This document shows positions 38,673-49,068 of a stretch of DNA of 64,000 nucleotides, piece by piece. The notes below the pieces were generated by a model. It did no database searches, was not told where the DNA came from, and saw only the letters and a list, made by a program, of their open reading frames with translations. The DNA comes from an uncultured Candidatus Binatia bacterium (GTDB lineage Bacteria; Desulfobacterota; Binatia; UBA9968; CAXXLF01). The stretch spans positions 1 to 64,000 of the forward strand of contig OZ244621.1 in the NCBI GenBank assembly GCA_965218425.1. Direction: 5' to 3'. The position numbers and the translations under genes are program-made. How positions within the stretch are numbered: the first letter of the stretch is position 1; every line of letters begins with the position of its first letter.

Positions 38673-40922
38673 TCAGGCGCGTATTTGGCCGACTGGAATG
38701 CTTAGCTTTTCTGACCTAAGTATATCTAGGACCTTCTCGGGGTTGATGGGAAGGGATTTGATCCTGACCCCCACGGCGTCTTGCAGCGCATTGGCAACCG
38801 CTGCGGCCGTTGGAATGTTGGAAGTCTCCCCGATGCTCATGCTGTTGTAGGGACCGCTTCCTTTGGGCATCTCTAAAACCACAGTTTTAAAGCTTGGTAC
38901 ATCCCGGATGGTGGGGATCTTGTAGTCGCCAAAATTAGCAGTCAACACCTTGCCATCCTGGACTACCAGGTTTTCCATTAACGCATAACCGATGCCCATC
39001 ACGGCCCCGCCCTCAATTTGTCCCTGGTGCATTAGGGGATTTAGCACGGTGCCCGTGCTGTGAGCGGAGGTAAAATTCCTGAGCTTGATGGCACCCGTTT
39101 CCGGGTCCACTTCAACTTCCGCCACCTGGACGCACATGGACGCATCGGGAACCTTAGCCGTATCGTCGTACGAACCTTCCACCATGATGGGTAATCCTTG
39201 GGCCTTGACGATCTCGCCAAAGGTCATTCGTCGTTTGCCCTTGGATTGCTGCACGGCTCCTCTAGAGATTATAAGCTCGTCGGGGTGAACACCCATGGCA
39301 GCGGCAGCGGCCTTTCTTATTTCTTCCTTGGCCTTGATTACGGCTTCGTAAGCGGCATTGCCGTACACCCTGGTGCCCCTACTGCCTCCTATGCCGGTAT
39401 CCTCAATCCCCTGCCCCGTATCGAGACTTTGGGCGCGAATCCTATCCACGGGGATACCAAGCTCCTGCCCCACCACCTCGCATAAAACCGTATAGGTTCC
39501 TCCTCCCTGGTCTACCATCGCAGAGGAAAGGGTTACTTCTCCCTTCTCGTCGAACTTGAGGGCCACCGTGCCTTTACCGCCGTTGGTTAGCCATTGTGTT
39601 AGCGCAACGCCGCGTCCAATGTTATTTCGCTTAGACTTGAAGTAGCCGGCGGCCCGGAGGGCTTTGTCCAGGGTCTCCTCCGCCTTGATGTGTGGAATGG
39701 GCTTCCCGGTGGGTGACGGGTCGCCGTCGTGCATCAGATTTTTCCTTCTAAACTCAATGGAGTCCATGTCGAGCTTCTTTGCAATCAGATCCATTTGGCT
39801 CTCATTGGCGAAGAAGCCCTGCGGGTCTCCCGGCGAGCGCATGTGGCCGCAAGGGATCTGATTCGTATAAACCATCTTTTCCTCAATCAAGACGTTCTCC
39901 ATTTTGTAGGGACCCGCGGATTCCCCTGGACCGCCTAAAAAACCCACCGGCTTGAAGGCCCCATAGGCACCGCTGTCGAAGACGAACTCCATCTTGTGAG
40001 CCACAATGGCACCATCGTTTTTAACTCCGCTTTTTACCTTGATGGTTGAGGCGTGTCTTGGGTTCCCGGCCACGAACTCCTCGTCATATCCCATGACCAT
40101 CTTTACGGGTTGTCCGCATTTCCTTGACAGGGCGAAGCAGACGGGAACGTCCATAAAGTCCCCTTTCCCGCCGAAGTCCCCGCCAATATAAGACGGTTGC
40201 AAAACAAATTTTTCCGCGGGGATGTCGAAGGCGTTGGCCAGTTGTTCCCGCAGGGCGTAGGGCGCTTTGCAGCAGGCCCAGATCTCGGCGCCGCCGGACG
40301 GGTCCGCCTTGACCATACAGGAGTGGGGTTCGATGTAGGCTTGATGAACCTTGTCCGTAGTGAAGGTGTTTTCAACGATGAGGTCCGACTGCTGGAAGCC
40401 GGCATCCACATCACCTTTACCCCAGGATAGCTGAATAAACGCATTGCTCGGCGCATCCAGCTTTCCCGGACGTCCCTTGTAGTCCAAAACATCGGGGTGG
40501 AGCAGCTCCGCAGAGGAATCCATGGCCTTTACGGGGTCGAGGATGGGCTCCAGGTCTTCGTATTCCACTTCGATGAGGCCTACGGCCTCTTCCGCGATCT
40601 TCTCGCTCCGTGCGGCAACGGCGGCTACCTTTTCCCCAATGAAGCGCACCACATCCTGGGCGAGAATGGGCATATCGTAGATGCGCCGGCCGATCTTGAG
40701 GCCTTTCACGTCCTCGCCGGTCACGACGGCTTTAACACCTGGGAGTTGGAGCGCCTTACTTACATCGATGCTTTTGATGCGGCCGTAAGCGATGGGGCTC
40801 CTTAGCACCTTGCCCCAGAGCATACCGGGCAAGGTTCTATCCACCGTATAGAGTGCCTTACCGGTAACCTTCAACTCACCTTCCACTCTTGGAGTGGGAT
40901 TTCCTACGACTTGATTTGCCAC
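38673..40922 (-). CDS. Xanthine dehydrogenase family molybdopterin-binding large subunit
   Basis: KVTGKALY, IGGDFGGK, MRSPG, DQGGG, GQIEGG, SIGE; GTG at 40922 after AAGGAG. Confidence 0.9.
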   Translation of the reverse strand: MANQVVGNPTPRVEGELKVTGKALYTVDRTLPGMLWGKVLRSPIAYGRIKSIDVSKALQLPGVKAVVTGEDVKGLKIGRRIYDMPILAQDVVRFIGEKVAAVAARSEKIAEEAVGLIEVEYEDLEPILDPVKAMDSSAELLHPDVLDYKGRPGKLDAPSNAFIQLSWGKGDVDAGFQQSDLIVENTFTTDKVHQAYIEPHSCMVKADPSGGAEIWACCKAPYALREQLANAFDIPAEKFVLQPSYIGGDFGGKGDFMDVPVCFALSRKCGQPVKMVMGYDEEFVAGNPRHASTIKVKSGVKNDGAIVAHKMEFVFDSGAYGAFKPVGFLGGPGESAGPYKMENVLIEEKMVYTNQIPCGHMRSPGDPQGFFANESQMDLIAKKLDMDSIEFRRKNLMHDGDPSPTGKPIPHIKAEETLDKALRAAGYFKSKRNNIGRGVALTQWLTNGGKGTVALKFDEKGEVTLSSAMVDQGGGTYTVLCEVVGQELGIPVDRIRAQSLDTGQGIEDTGIGGSRGTRVYGNAAYEAVIKAKEEIRKAAAAAMGVHPDELIISRGAVQQSKGKRRMTFGEIVKAQGLPIMVEGSYDDTAKVPDASMCVQVAEVEVDPETGAIKLRNFTSAHSTGTVLNPLMHQGQIEGGAVMGIGYALMENLVVQDGKVLTANFGDYKIPTIRDVPSFKTVVLEMPKGSGPYNSMSIGETSNIPTAAAVANALQDAVGVRIKSLPINPEKVLDILRSEKLSIPVGQIRA

Positions 40923-40983
40923 TGGCTGCTCCTTCCGCGTAACTTGGCAAGGGAAAGATGACTGATTTTCCCCTATTTTGCAA

Positions 40984-41823
40984 TCACTTTTTCGGGGTGG
41001 GAGCGCGAGCAGGCCTTTTTGATTCCTGCGTGAACGCAGAGTCTCTGTCGCCGGAATCATCGGCCTTCATTGCCGGGCGGTTGAGATTGAACCCGAGGCG
41101 GCCGATAAAGGGGAGCTTCAGGGCAGGTCCAAGGGGATCAATGCCGAAGTTTAACCCGAAAAGGTTAAACTCAAGGCCTTCGTCCCAGGCTATAAGGAAT
41201 CCGAGCACGCCAAATAGAGATACCTGAAAACCGGTACCACTGGGGGCGCGTTCTACGATGCTACCATTGGTAAGATAGTCCTTGCCAATTGCGTTGGAAG
41301 GAAAAGCAACTCCCAGTTCCGGCACCCGTCTTGCGATATAGGCGGTGAAGGTGTTGCTGTTGGGGCTAGGCTAAATACTGTATTTCTCGGCGTAGGGGTA
41401 GGATTCAACCGCTTTCATGATCTTGTCTATGGCCCTTTCAGCCTCGAGACCCCTTAGGTCGGCGATCACTTCGGGGCGATGGCCGAACCAGTTTCTGTCG
41501 GGGATGTCCGTTGCAGAGCTCACCGCAGGCAGACCGCGTCTTGGCCGCCAGCCCACCACTTGGTGTACTGTATAGTGCAGCGCATTCTTTTCCTTGGTGG
41601 CGACCCATGTATGCATGGAAAATATGCCCCGCCAGTTGAAGGCCCTGGCGGAGTGAACCTGGACCACGGCTTCGGGGTTTTTTTCCGGGTCGGGGGCAAT
41701 GCCGGCGCTTTCCCGATTGGCGGTTCGGTAATCCTGTCTCAGATTAATAAATCCCGAGGCGACCATAGGCGCGATGTCGAAAAACAACAGCAACAGGGCG
41801 ATTCGATACAGAGATGTATGCAA
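40984..41823 (-). pseudogene. DUF3750-like protein with an in-frame TAG at 41371-41373
   Basis: One reading frame: HTWVATK...YPYAEKYSI*PSPNSNTFTAYIARR...AIGKDYL...EGLEFNLFGL. Confidence 0.7.
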
Positions 41824-41869
41824 CGGATTCTTTCAATGGTTGAGGGTCCAAAAGTAAAAGTATAGGCAA

Positions 41870-42841
41870 TTAAATATAGTGCTGGATTTCTTGCAGACTT
41901 GGCGGAAAGAAAAGTTCTTCAACCTGGGGCCTCTTTTGAATCATGCCTTGTTCGTGCTCGTAGCGAACCACGGCTTCCAAAGCGGTTCGGTTCTCCTTGA
42001 GGTTGTACGGCCAGGGGTCGGTACCAAAAAGACTTTCCTGTTCCTGCATCAACTCCTTCACCCATACCAGGGCGAAGCTCCTCGGGTCGCGCATTCGTTG
42101 GTAGCAAATTGTCTTTGACTTTTGGAAGGCCTGTAGCACGCTCACCGCCACCCAGGGAGTCTTCTCCAAAATCTCGTTCTTTATAACCACCGTATGCATG
42201 GGGGGATAAATCCCGCTTCTTTTGAAATACTCCATCTCTTCTTGTTTTGGGTCGGGGAAAACGAGTCCCACCCTGGGGGAAGCGGTTCTCACGGAAGGTA
42301 GAGTCTCAGGATATATGGCCCCCTCCAGCTCACCGTTCAGTAGCATTTGATCGATGTTCTTTCCTTGCGGCACACGATGAACCTTCATCCATTTGGCCGG
42401 CTCGAAGGCAACGTCCTCCTCTTCCTGGCACCACCATTCGATGGTTTTGAGATCCACGCCGTAATAATCCTGCAGGATGCCCCGCATCCACAATCCTGCG
42501 GAGTTTTGTAAAGTATCCAATCCTACCCTTTTGCCGTTAAAATCAGACGCTTTTTCGATGCCACAGTCCATTCGCTTGATCACATAGCCATGGCGAAAGC
42601 GGCGATGAGGAAACACGGGGATGGCGGTGAATTGTTTCCCTTTATCGCGGGCGAGTATATAGGCCACAAGGGAAAGCTCGCAAACATCAAATTCCTCATG
42701 ACGGAGCATCCTGCCATGCCTCTGCGGGGAAGCCATGGTCAGCACATTAAGATCCACTCCCGCCGGTGTAACTGTTCCGTCAATCAAGGGCCTTAGGGTG
42801 TCGTAGTCCCCGCACCCCAGAGTGAGCTTTAGTTTGGCCAT
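41870..42841 (-). CDS. 4,5-dihydroxyphthalate decarboxylase-like protein (periplasmic-binding fold)
   Basis: LTLGCGDYD, FDVCELSL, AIPVFPHRRFRH, GIYPPMHTVVI, DPWPY; no signal peptide. Confidence 0.75.
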   Translation of the reverse strand: MAKLKLTLGCGDYDTLRPLIDGTVTPAGVDLNVLTMASPQRHGRMLRHEEFDVCELSLVAYILARDKGKQFTAIPVFPHRRFRHGYVIKRMDCGIEKASDFNGKRVGLDTLQNSAGLWMRGILQDYYGVDLKTIEWWCQEEEDVAFEPAKWMKVHRVPQGKNIDQMLLNGELEGAIYPETLPSVRTASPRVGLVFPDPKQEEMEYFKRSGIYPPMHTVVIKNEILEKTPWVAVSVLQAFQKSKTICYQRMRDPRSFALVWVKELMQEQESLFGTDPWPYNLKENRTALEAVVRYEHEQGMIQKRPQVEELFFPPSLQEIQHYI

Positions 42842-43440
42842 CCCGTTTCTCCTAACCGATTGCGGTATTCCTCGGGGGTATCCAGGTCGATGACAACCCC
42901 CTCAAGCTCCGTTGGGATTTCCAATGTTTCCTCGCCATGGGCGTGGACCACGGGTTTTGCCCCCTGATTGATGGGCGCATTGAGGAACTCTGAAAAAAGC
43001 GCTTTTGAAAATATAACCGGGTGTCCCCTTTTGCCGTGGTATGTTGGGACGACGATCAGCTTCTTTGAGAGGTAAAATTGGTCGATCATGCGGTTGGTCA
43101 ATTCTGTGTTCAGGAAAGGATGATCCACAAGGTGGACCAGGACTCCATCGATCCTATGGCCGGATTCCTCCACCCGGAGGGCTTTAAGGGCTGTAATCAG
43201 AGAGGAAAGCTGACCCTTGGGGTAGTCTTTGTTAATAAGGGTCGTAACATCAAGATTTTCGATCTTTCGTTGAATCGCTTCGGGGTTATACCCTAACACC
43301 ACAATGATCTTGCCGACCTTGCTCCCTTGCAGGTCCAGGATAATTTGCTCGATAAAAGTTTTGTCTTTTATGGGTAGCAGGGCTTTTGGGGAGCCCATGC
43401 GACGGGATTCACCCGCGGAGAGAACAATTGCCGCAATCAT
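42829..43440 (-). CDS. mocA: Molybdenum cofactor cytidylyltransferase-like protein
   Basis: LSAGESRRMGSPKALL, GQLSS, LVDHP, RGHPVIF, DLDTPEEY. Confidence 0.75.
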   Translation of the reverse strand: MIAAIVLSAGESRRMGSPKALLPIKDKTFIEQIILDLQGSKVGKIIVVLGYNPEAIQRKIENLDVTTLINKDYPKGQLSSLITALKALRVEESGHRIDGVLVHLVDHPFLNTELTNRMIDQFYLSKKLIVVPTYHGKRGHPVIFSKALFSEFLNAPINQGAKPVVHAHGEETLEIPTELEGVVIDLDTPEEYRNRLGETGWPN

Positions 43441-43527
43441 GGTTTATCGGAATCATGCCCTACCTTCGTGGGCCCTTTCCCTGCGCCGCGTCCCCGGCGC
43501 CTGTTATTTGGCCTCGAACCGTTCTGG

Positions 43528-44346
43528 CTAGGGAAACATATACTCAATGGGAGGCGATTCCAAATCCGCTTCAACCTGCCTGACTCCTTCCACCTCTTCG
43601 AGGATGCTTACAATCTCTTCTTGCAGGGCTGGCTGGGTGAGGATCCCCGAAACCCGAACCACCCCGTCCTTTGCTTCAACATGGACGCTTAGATTTCGCG
43701 TCTTAGGCGCGGTTACCAGGGCAGCCTCGGCCCTGGAGCCAATGGTGAGGTCCTGAAAGGCCTGCTCCGATTCAGGCGTTGGTTGATACTCCTCCCGTTT
43801 CGAAGCTTCAACGATCAGGTGGGTTACCGTGTCCAGTGTCATGTTCGCGATATTGAGCACCAAGTCGTAGCGGCTGGCATCTTGCCAGTTGGCACCGAAC
43901 ACATCCTCCAGCCGACGGGTCCGGGCGTTGTTGACCTGTTCGATGTAGCGTTGGGCGGCCGTTTCATCCAAGCCTTCCCGTGCCTGCACTTGGGCCACCT
44001 GATACTCCATAGTGGCGGTGAGATGGACCTTCAATACATGTCGGATGCCTCGTAGGAGCTCGTGCCCCACATGCCCGTGGTAGACCAAATCCCCTCCCTG
44101 GACCACCTCACACATGGCGGCCTGGAGGGCAACCCGATAGAGTCTCAGGCTCTCCCGCCACCTTTCCCACCAATGGGGTTCCGACTCCAGGACCTCGTTG
44201 AACTTCGTTTCAGGTATTCCGTAACGCCGGCTGGCTTCCAGTAACACCTCTCGGCTCATGCAACGGTATCCCAGTTCACGGGCAACCCGTTCGGCCAAGG
44301 CTTGACCCCCACTGAACGCGCCGCGATAAATGGTAACGATGGGCAT
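43528..44346 (-). CDS. Cytidylate kinase-like protein with C-terminal BON domain
   Basis: IVTIYRGAFSGG, YDLVLN, C-terminal VEAKDGVVRVSG...VEGVRQV. Confidence 0.75.
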   Translation of the reverse strand: MPIVTIYRGAFSGGQALAERVARELGYRCMSREVLLEASRRYGIPETKFNEVLESEPHWWERWRESLRLYRVALQAAMCEVVQGGDLVYHGHVGHELLRGIRHVLKVHLTATMEYQVAQVQAREGLDETAAQRYIEQVNNARTRRLEDVFGANWQDASRYDLVLNIANMTLDTVTHLIVEASKREEYQPTPESEQAFQDLTIGSRAEAALVTAPKTRNLSVHVEAKDGVVRVSGILTQPALQEEIVSILEEVEGVRQVEADLESPPIEYMFP

Positions 44347-44585
44347 AGGCTTACCCTCCGGGAAAAATGATACAATTCTTATTTTACCGCTGTATTAAAG
44401 GAATGTCACGTCTCCTGAGAATGGTTGTTTCCTGTGGACCCATTTGCTACGGTTATATACAATATCAAATTAAAGTAAATCCCGTACCGCGGTAACAGCC
44501 CAGTAGTTATGGACGTTTTACTTTCAGCGAGTGTGGAAGATTGAGCCCCCTGACCCATGAAGTATTCTGTGGTACGGGGTAAACC

Positions 44586-45704
44586 ATGACCCCCCAGGAA
44601 AAACTCAGCAAGGTCCGTGAGGAGCTAACCCAAACGTTCCTGGAACGTAGTGATCTCATCGATGGTGTCCTTTCCGCTCTCCTTTGCTCCCAGCATGTAT
44701 TAATTGTAGGTCCCCCGGGAACGGCCAAATCCATGCTAGCCGATGAGATGTGCCGGCGGCTCATAGACGCAAATTATTTTCAGTGGCTACTCACCAGGTT
44801 TACCACTCCTGAGGAGGTATTCGGGGCTGTGAGCCTCAAAGCGCTGGAGCAGGATGACTACCGTAGGGTGACTTCCCACAAACTGCCCGAGGCCCATATC
44901 GCCTTTCTGGATGAGATTTTCAAGGCCAATTCCTCCATTCTCAACGCCATCCTCACGCTGATCAACGAACGGACGTTTCACAATGGCAAGGACGTGGTTT
45001 CAGTTCCCCTATTGACCCTTTTCGGTGCAAGCAATGAGCTGCCCGAGGACGATGAATTAATGGCCCTCTATGACCGTTTTCTGCTGCGGTTCGTGGTGAA
45101 CTACATTGCTGAAGATTTTCGTTTCATCAGGATGTTGGAAGCTTCGGAAAATCCGCAGCGGACCATTATCAGCTTGGAGGAGCTACGGGAGATACAGTCG
45201 CAGGTTCACGACGTCCATGTGCCGGATTATATCTACCGCACCATGGCGGATATTCGTAGGGAACTGGGCAAAAAGAATATCATCGCTTCGGACCGCCGTT
45301 ACCGTCAGTGCCTCTCCCTGCTTCGGGCTCATTCCTACCTGTCGGGAGAAAACAATGTCTCGGAAAACAACCTCTTCTTCCTTGAGCATGCCCTGTGGCG
45401 CGACCCGGGGGAGCAGCCCGAGGTTCGTTCCACCATCCACGAACTCCTGCTAGGCTACGAATGGGAGGTAAAGGAACTACTCTACCAATCCAGGGAAATG
45501 CGCGATTACGCCATGCGCCCCTGGGAAACCAATGAAATGCGCGCCCATGCCCTGGTGGAAGTCCATACAAAACTTAAAAACATCCTGACCAAAGTGGACC
45601 AGATCAAGGAGAAGGCTGAGAAGCAGGGGCGACCGTTGGACCAGGTGGGAGCCATTCAAGAAGAAATCAAAGAGATCCAACAGCAGATGCTGGAGAAGTT
45701 CTAG
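44586..45704 (+). CDS. MoxR-family AAA+ ATPase, RavA-like
   Basis: GPPGTAKS, LTRFTTPEEVFG, FLDEIFKANSSILN, GASNE, ALYDRF, SDRR. Confidence 0.85.
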   Translation: MTPQEKLSKVREELTQTFLERSDLIDGVLSALLCSQHVLIVGPPGTAKSMLADEMCRRLIDANYFQWLLTRFTTPEEVFGAVSLKALEQDDYRRVTSHKLPEAHIAFLDEIFKANSSILNAILTLINERTFHNGKDVVSVPLLTLFGASNELPEDDELMALYDRFLLRFVVNYIAEDFRFIRMLEASENPQRTIISLEELREIQSQVHDVHVPDYIYRTMADIRRELGKKNIIASDRRYRQCLSLLRAHSYLSGENNVSENNLFFLEHALWRDPGEQPEVRSTIHELLLGYEWEVKELLYQSREMRDYAMRPWETNEMRAHALVEVHTKLKNILTKVDQIKEKAEKQGRPLDQVGAIQEEIKEIQQQMLEKF

Positions 45705-45750
45705 AGAACGAAATCCGAATCTTGGGATACGTTTTGGAACAATGATGACT

Positions 45751-45826
45751 CCCGCAAAGACGCAAAGGACGCCAAGCGAAGAGAACTGGGAAATATTTTT
45801 CTTTGCGCTATTGGCGTCTTGGCGCG
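45751..45826. repeat. REP-like imperfect palindrome built of CGC(A/C)AAG units
   Basis: CCCGCAAAGACGCAAAGGACGCCAAG-24 nt-CTTTGCGCTATTGGCGTCTTGGCGCG. Confidence 0.65.
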
Positions 45827-45876
45827 ATAAATATTGTTGAACTCATTCTATTGAAGGATTGATGGGTAAGCATTTC

Positions 45877-47451
45877 ATGGCTGCGAAACGCAAAAAGGCC
45901 GATGCAAAGAAGAGAACCCTTCCCCGCCTACCGGAAAACAGTTGTTGGATTGAAAGCGACTCCTACGATCGCCACGTCTTTGGGAGTATTCGGGACGGAG
46001 CCCCGTCCCTGCTAGCGCTGGAGGAGGGAGGGAGCACCTTTCTTCCCCACTTTCCCTCGTTGCTCCAGGACATTTTCTGCCTGCTTTTCAAGTACAACGT
46101 CCGGTATTGGAAGGACCAGGAGGTCATTCCCAGCGCCCTCTTCAATCGGATTTTGTTAAATGCATTGCAGCAAGGCGATCATTATAAGATCCTGCGCGAG
46201 CTCACTCTTCTCGATGAACCCAAGGCAGGACTCTGCACCCTGCTCCTTGGCGAAAAAATTCTTGGGTTGCTGAGATCGGAAAAGGCATTGAATCGTCGGG
46301 ATATGATCGATTTGTGGGACGTGAACAAACAAGAGGAGATCCTTGAGGAAAAGAGGGATCAACTGGAGAATACGGAAAAACTCTCTGAAGAGGAACTTCC
46401 CAAAAAAGCCCGGCAGAATTTAAAAAAGGCCAAGGACAAAATCGAAAATGAGTTTGATGGGGCCGAGGCTCTTCTAAGGCAAAAAGCCAATCGACTCAAG
46501 GAAGAGTTTCAGCAGATGGAGAAACAGGCGGCTAGCCGCTTTCAGGCAGAAGCGATCAAGGTGGCCCAACAACTGGAAGATACGGCCGAGGAAGCAGAAC
46601 AGTGGAGCCTAACCTTAGGTTCCGGCTACCGTTCGCCGCCGGGCCGGCAGTTGGAGTTGGGGAAGCGGCTCGCGGGAAATGAAAAACTAAAGAAGCTTGC
46701 GCGCATGGTGGGACGGATGAAATTCCATGCTTTGGCCCTGCGCAAAAAAGTATTCGAACGTTCCAGCGAGGAGGTCCTGGAAGTGGAGCGGGGGGATTCC
46801 CTTCATCGTCTGCTTCCCCATGAGTTGCTCATGCTTCATCATCCTGTGTTACGAAAGGACTTTTCCCGCCGGTTTCTTGATCAAGAGTTACTCCAGTATT
46901 CCCTCAGAGGGATCGAAGAGAAAGGCAAGGGACCCATGGTGGTCTGTTTGGACGGGAGCTCTTCCATGGCCGGAGATAAGGAAGTGTGGTCCAAGGCGGT
47001 AACCCTCACCTTGCTGGAAATCGCGCGGCGTCAGCGTAGGTTCTTTCGGTCCATTTGCTTCTCCTCCGGCGAGACTCCCCTCCAGATTCTGGACATGAAT
47101 CCAAAGGAACGTTACGAGGTGGAAATGGAAAAGGTCATGGACCTGGCGGAATTCTTTCCGGGGGGTGGTACGGATTTCGAGAAGCCATTGGACGCGGCCC
47201 TGCAATGCCTCAAAAACTCCCGCTACAAGAAGGGAGACGTGGTCTTTATCACCGACGGGGAGTGTCAGGTGAGTGAAGATTGGGCGCAGAACTTCCGCAA
47301 GGAAAAAGACCGGCTTGGGTTCTCCCTTTTTTCCATCTTGATCGATGTGGGTCCGAGTTCTTTTGGCACCCTCAAGGAGTTCAGCGATAAGATCACTACC
47401 ATCCAGCAACTCACCGGCGACGAAGCCCAGGATATTTTCGTTAAATTTTAA
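45877..47451 (+). CDS. VWA-domain protein, ViaA-like
   Basis: RLLPHEL, KGPMVVCLDGSSSM (MIDAS), GGTDF, VFITDGE; start codon uncertain. Confidence 0.82.
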   Translation: MAAKRKKADAKKRTLPRLPENSCWIESDSYDRHVFGSIRDGAPSLLALEEGGSTFLPHFPSLLQDIFCLLFKYNVRYWKDQEVIPSALFNRILLNALQQGDHYKILRELTLLDEPKAGLCTLLLGEKILGLLRSEKALNRRDMIDLWDVNKQEEILEEKRDQLENTEKLSEEELPKKARQNLKKAKDKIENEFDGAEALLRQKANRLKEEFQQMEKQAASRFQAEAIKVAQQLEDTAEEAEQWSLTLGSGYRSPPGRQLELGKRLAGNEKLKKLARMVGRMKFHALALRKKVFERSSEEVLEVERGDSLHRLLPHELLMLHHPVLRKDFSRRFLDQELLQYSLRGIEEKGKGPMVVCLDGSSSMAGDKEVWSKAVTLTLLEIARRQRRFFRSICFSSGETPLQILDMNPKERYEVEMEKVMDLAEFFPGGGTDFEKPLDAALQCLKNSRYKKGDVVFITDGECQVSEDWAQNFRKEKDRLGFSLFSILIDVGPSSFGTLKEFSDKITTIQQLTGDEAQDIFVKF

Positions 47452-47464
47452 TCGAATTTTTCCG

Positions 47465-48070
47465 TTATAAAATGACCTTGACTGAAGGACGGTCCTTTAT
47501 CCTCTTGTGCCATTGGCTCAATTTGGGGAAGGCCGGGTCCGATAGGAGACCCCAATCCGCTAATCGGTTGAAGCGCGGGATCAATGCGGCATCCACCAGT
47601 GAAAAGTCCCCAGCCAGGTAGGGGTGATCGGCAAGGCCCTCCTCGAACGGAACCAGTAGCTCTTTGAGTTCCTTTTTGCCCTCCTCCATGGCCTGTTGGT
47701 TTCGTTCCTTTTCTTCCTTTACGAGTTCCATACGAACCTTACGATATGGAGGGTCCAGATGACTCATGCCATAGTCGATTAGGATGCGGATCTTTGCCTT
47801 TTTAGCGGGGTCCTTGGGCAAAAGTGGCGGCTCGGGATATTTTTCTTCGAGATATTCATTGATAAGGCAAGACTCGTAAAGGATCGTGTCACCGTCGCCA
47901 ATCACGGGGACCTTTCCATACGGGTTTAGCTTGAGAAACTCAGGACATTTCTGCTCTCGTTTTGGCAGGTCAATGGGGATAATCTCATAGGGTAGTCTCT
48001 TTTCCTCGAGTACCACTTTTACCCGCTGGCAGTTTGGCGAGGTGGTATAGTCGTACAGTTTGATGCTCAT
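47465..48070 (-). CDS. Glutathione S-transferase family protein
   Basis: SPNC, LNPYGKVP, LYES, YLAGDFSLVD. Confidence 0.9.
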   Translation of the reverse strand: MSIKLYDYTTSPNCQRVKVVLEEKRLPYEIIPIDLPKREQKCPEFLKLNPYGKVPVIGDGDTILYESCLINEYLEEKYPEPPLLPKDPAKKAKIRILIDYGMSHLDPPYRKVRMELVKEEKERNQQAMEEGKKELKELLVPFEEGLADHPYLAGDFSLVDAALIPRFNRLADWGLLSDPAFPKLSQWHKRIKDRPSVKVIL

Positions 48071-49017
48071 GGTTTTCCTCCTTCGGTAGATACGATGTGG
48101 TCGATCTCTTTGAGCTCTTCGGTTGAAAGTTTCCAGTCCAGGGAGCGCTGGTTGGCCACCACCTGCTCCGGTTTAGTTGCGCCGGCAATAACGGTACTCA
48201 CAGAGGGGTTAGCGAGGAGCCAGGCCAGGGCCAACTCCAGCACCGGGCGGCCGTGCTTCTCAGCGAACCGTTCCAGGCCCGCCAGAATGGAAAAGTTCCT
48301 TTTGGAGAAGCGCTTCTCCGACTCTGTCCTTCCGGCAAAGCGTGAGCCTTCAGGGGCAGGTTTTCCAGGGCGATATTTGCCAGTGAGGAGACCTCCCTCC
48401 AGGGGAAAGTAAGGAATGATGCCGAGACCATAGGCCCGGCAAAACGGCACCAATTCCCTCTCGATCTCCCGTTTCAATAGGTTGTAATAGGGCTGCACCG
48501 AGACGAAAGCATTGAGATTCAGCATTTTTGATGTCCACACGGCTTCACAGACTTGCCATGCCGTAACCCCAGAGCATCCGATGTAACGCACTTTGCCATT
48601 ACGAACGGAGTCATCGAGGGCGCGAAGGGTTTCTTCGATGGGTGTGTGTGGGTCATGGATGTGAAGCTGGTGGAGGTCGATATAATCTGTATTGAGACGG
48701 GATAAACTACCTTCCAGTTGTTCTATGATATGCCTTCGTGATGCGCCTCGGTCATTGGGTCCTTCTCCCATGGCACGTCCGAACTTTGTGGCGATTAGAA
48801 CCTGCTGCCTCTTAGATTTCAAAGACTTTCCTATGATCTCCTCAGACAGGCACGGCCCGTACATGTTGGCCGTATCGAGAAAATTGACCCCCAGGTCCAG
48901 AGCCTGGTCAATGACCCTCTTTGATTGCTTTTCGTCGGTTCGCCGTCCAAAGCTGTTGGTGCCCAATCCGAGGGCTGAAACCTTAAGTCCGGAAGTTCCA
49001 AGAGACCGGTATTCCAT
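48067..49017 (-). CDS. Aldo/keto reductase
   Basis: LGLGT, DTANMY, ATKF, DYIDL, GKVRYIG, GLLTGKY. Confidence 0.9.
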   Translation of the reverse strand: MEYRSLGTSGLKVSALGLGTNSFGRRTDEKQSKRVIDQALDLGVNFLDTANMYGPCLSEEIIGKSLKSKRQQVLIATKFGRAMGEGPNDRGASRRHIIEQLEGSLSRLNTDYIDLHQLHIHDPHTPIEETLRALDDSVRNGKVRYIGCSGVTAWQVCEAVWTSKMLNLNAFVSVQPYYNLLKREIERELVPFCRAYGLGIIPYFPLEGGLLTGKYRPGKPAPEGSRFAGRTESEKRFSKRNFSILAGLERFAEKHGRPVLELALAWLLANPSVSTVIAGATKPEQVVANQRSLDWKLSTEELKEIDHIVSTEGGKP

Positions 49018-49068
49018 AGAAGTTTCCCTTCGCTACGCTGTATTAACCAATTGGGTTACAACAAACCA

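Noticed and set aside
38523..38705. 60-aa ORF between thiI and the Mo-hydroxylase gene
   Set aside because: Low complexity, overlaps the convergent gene end, no family signal
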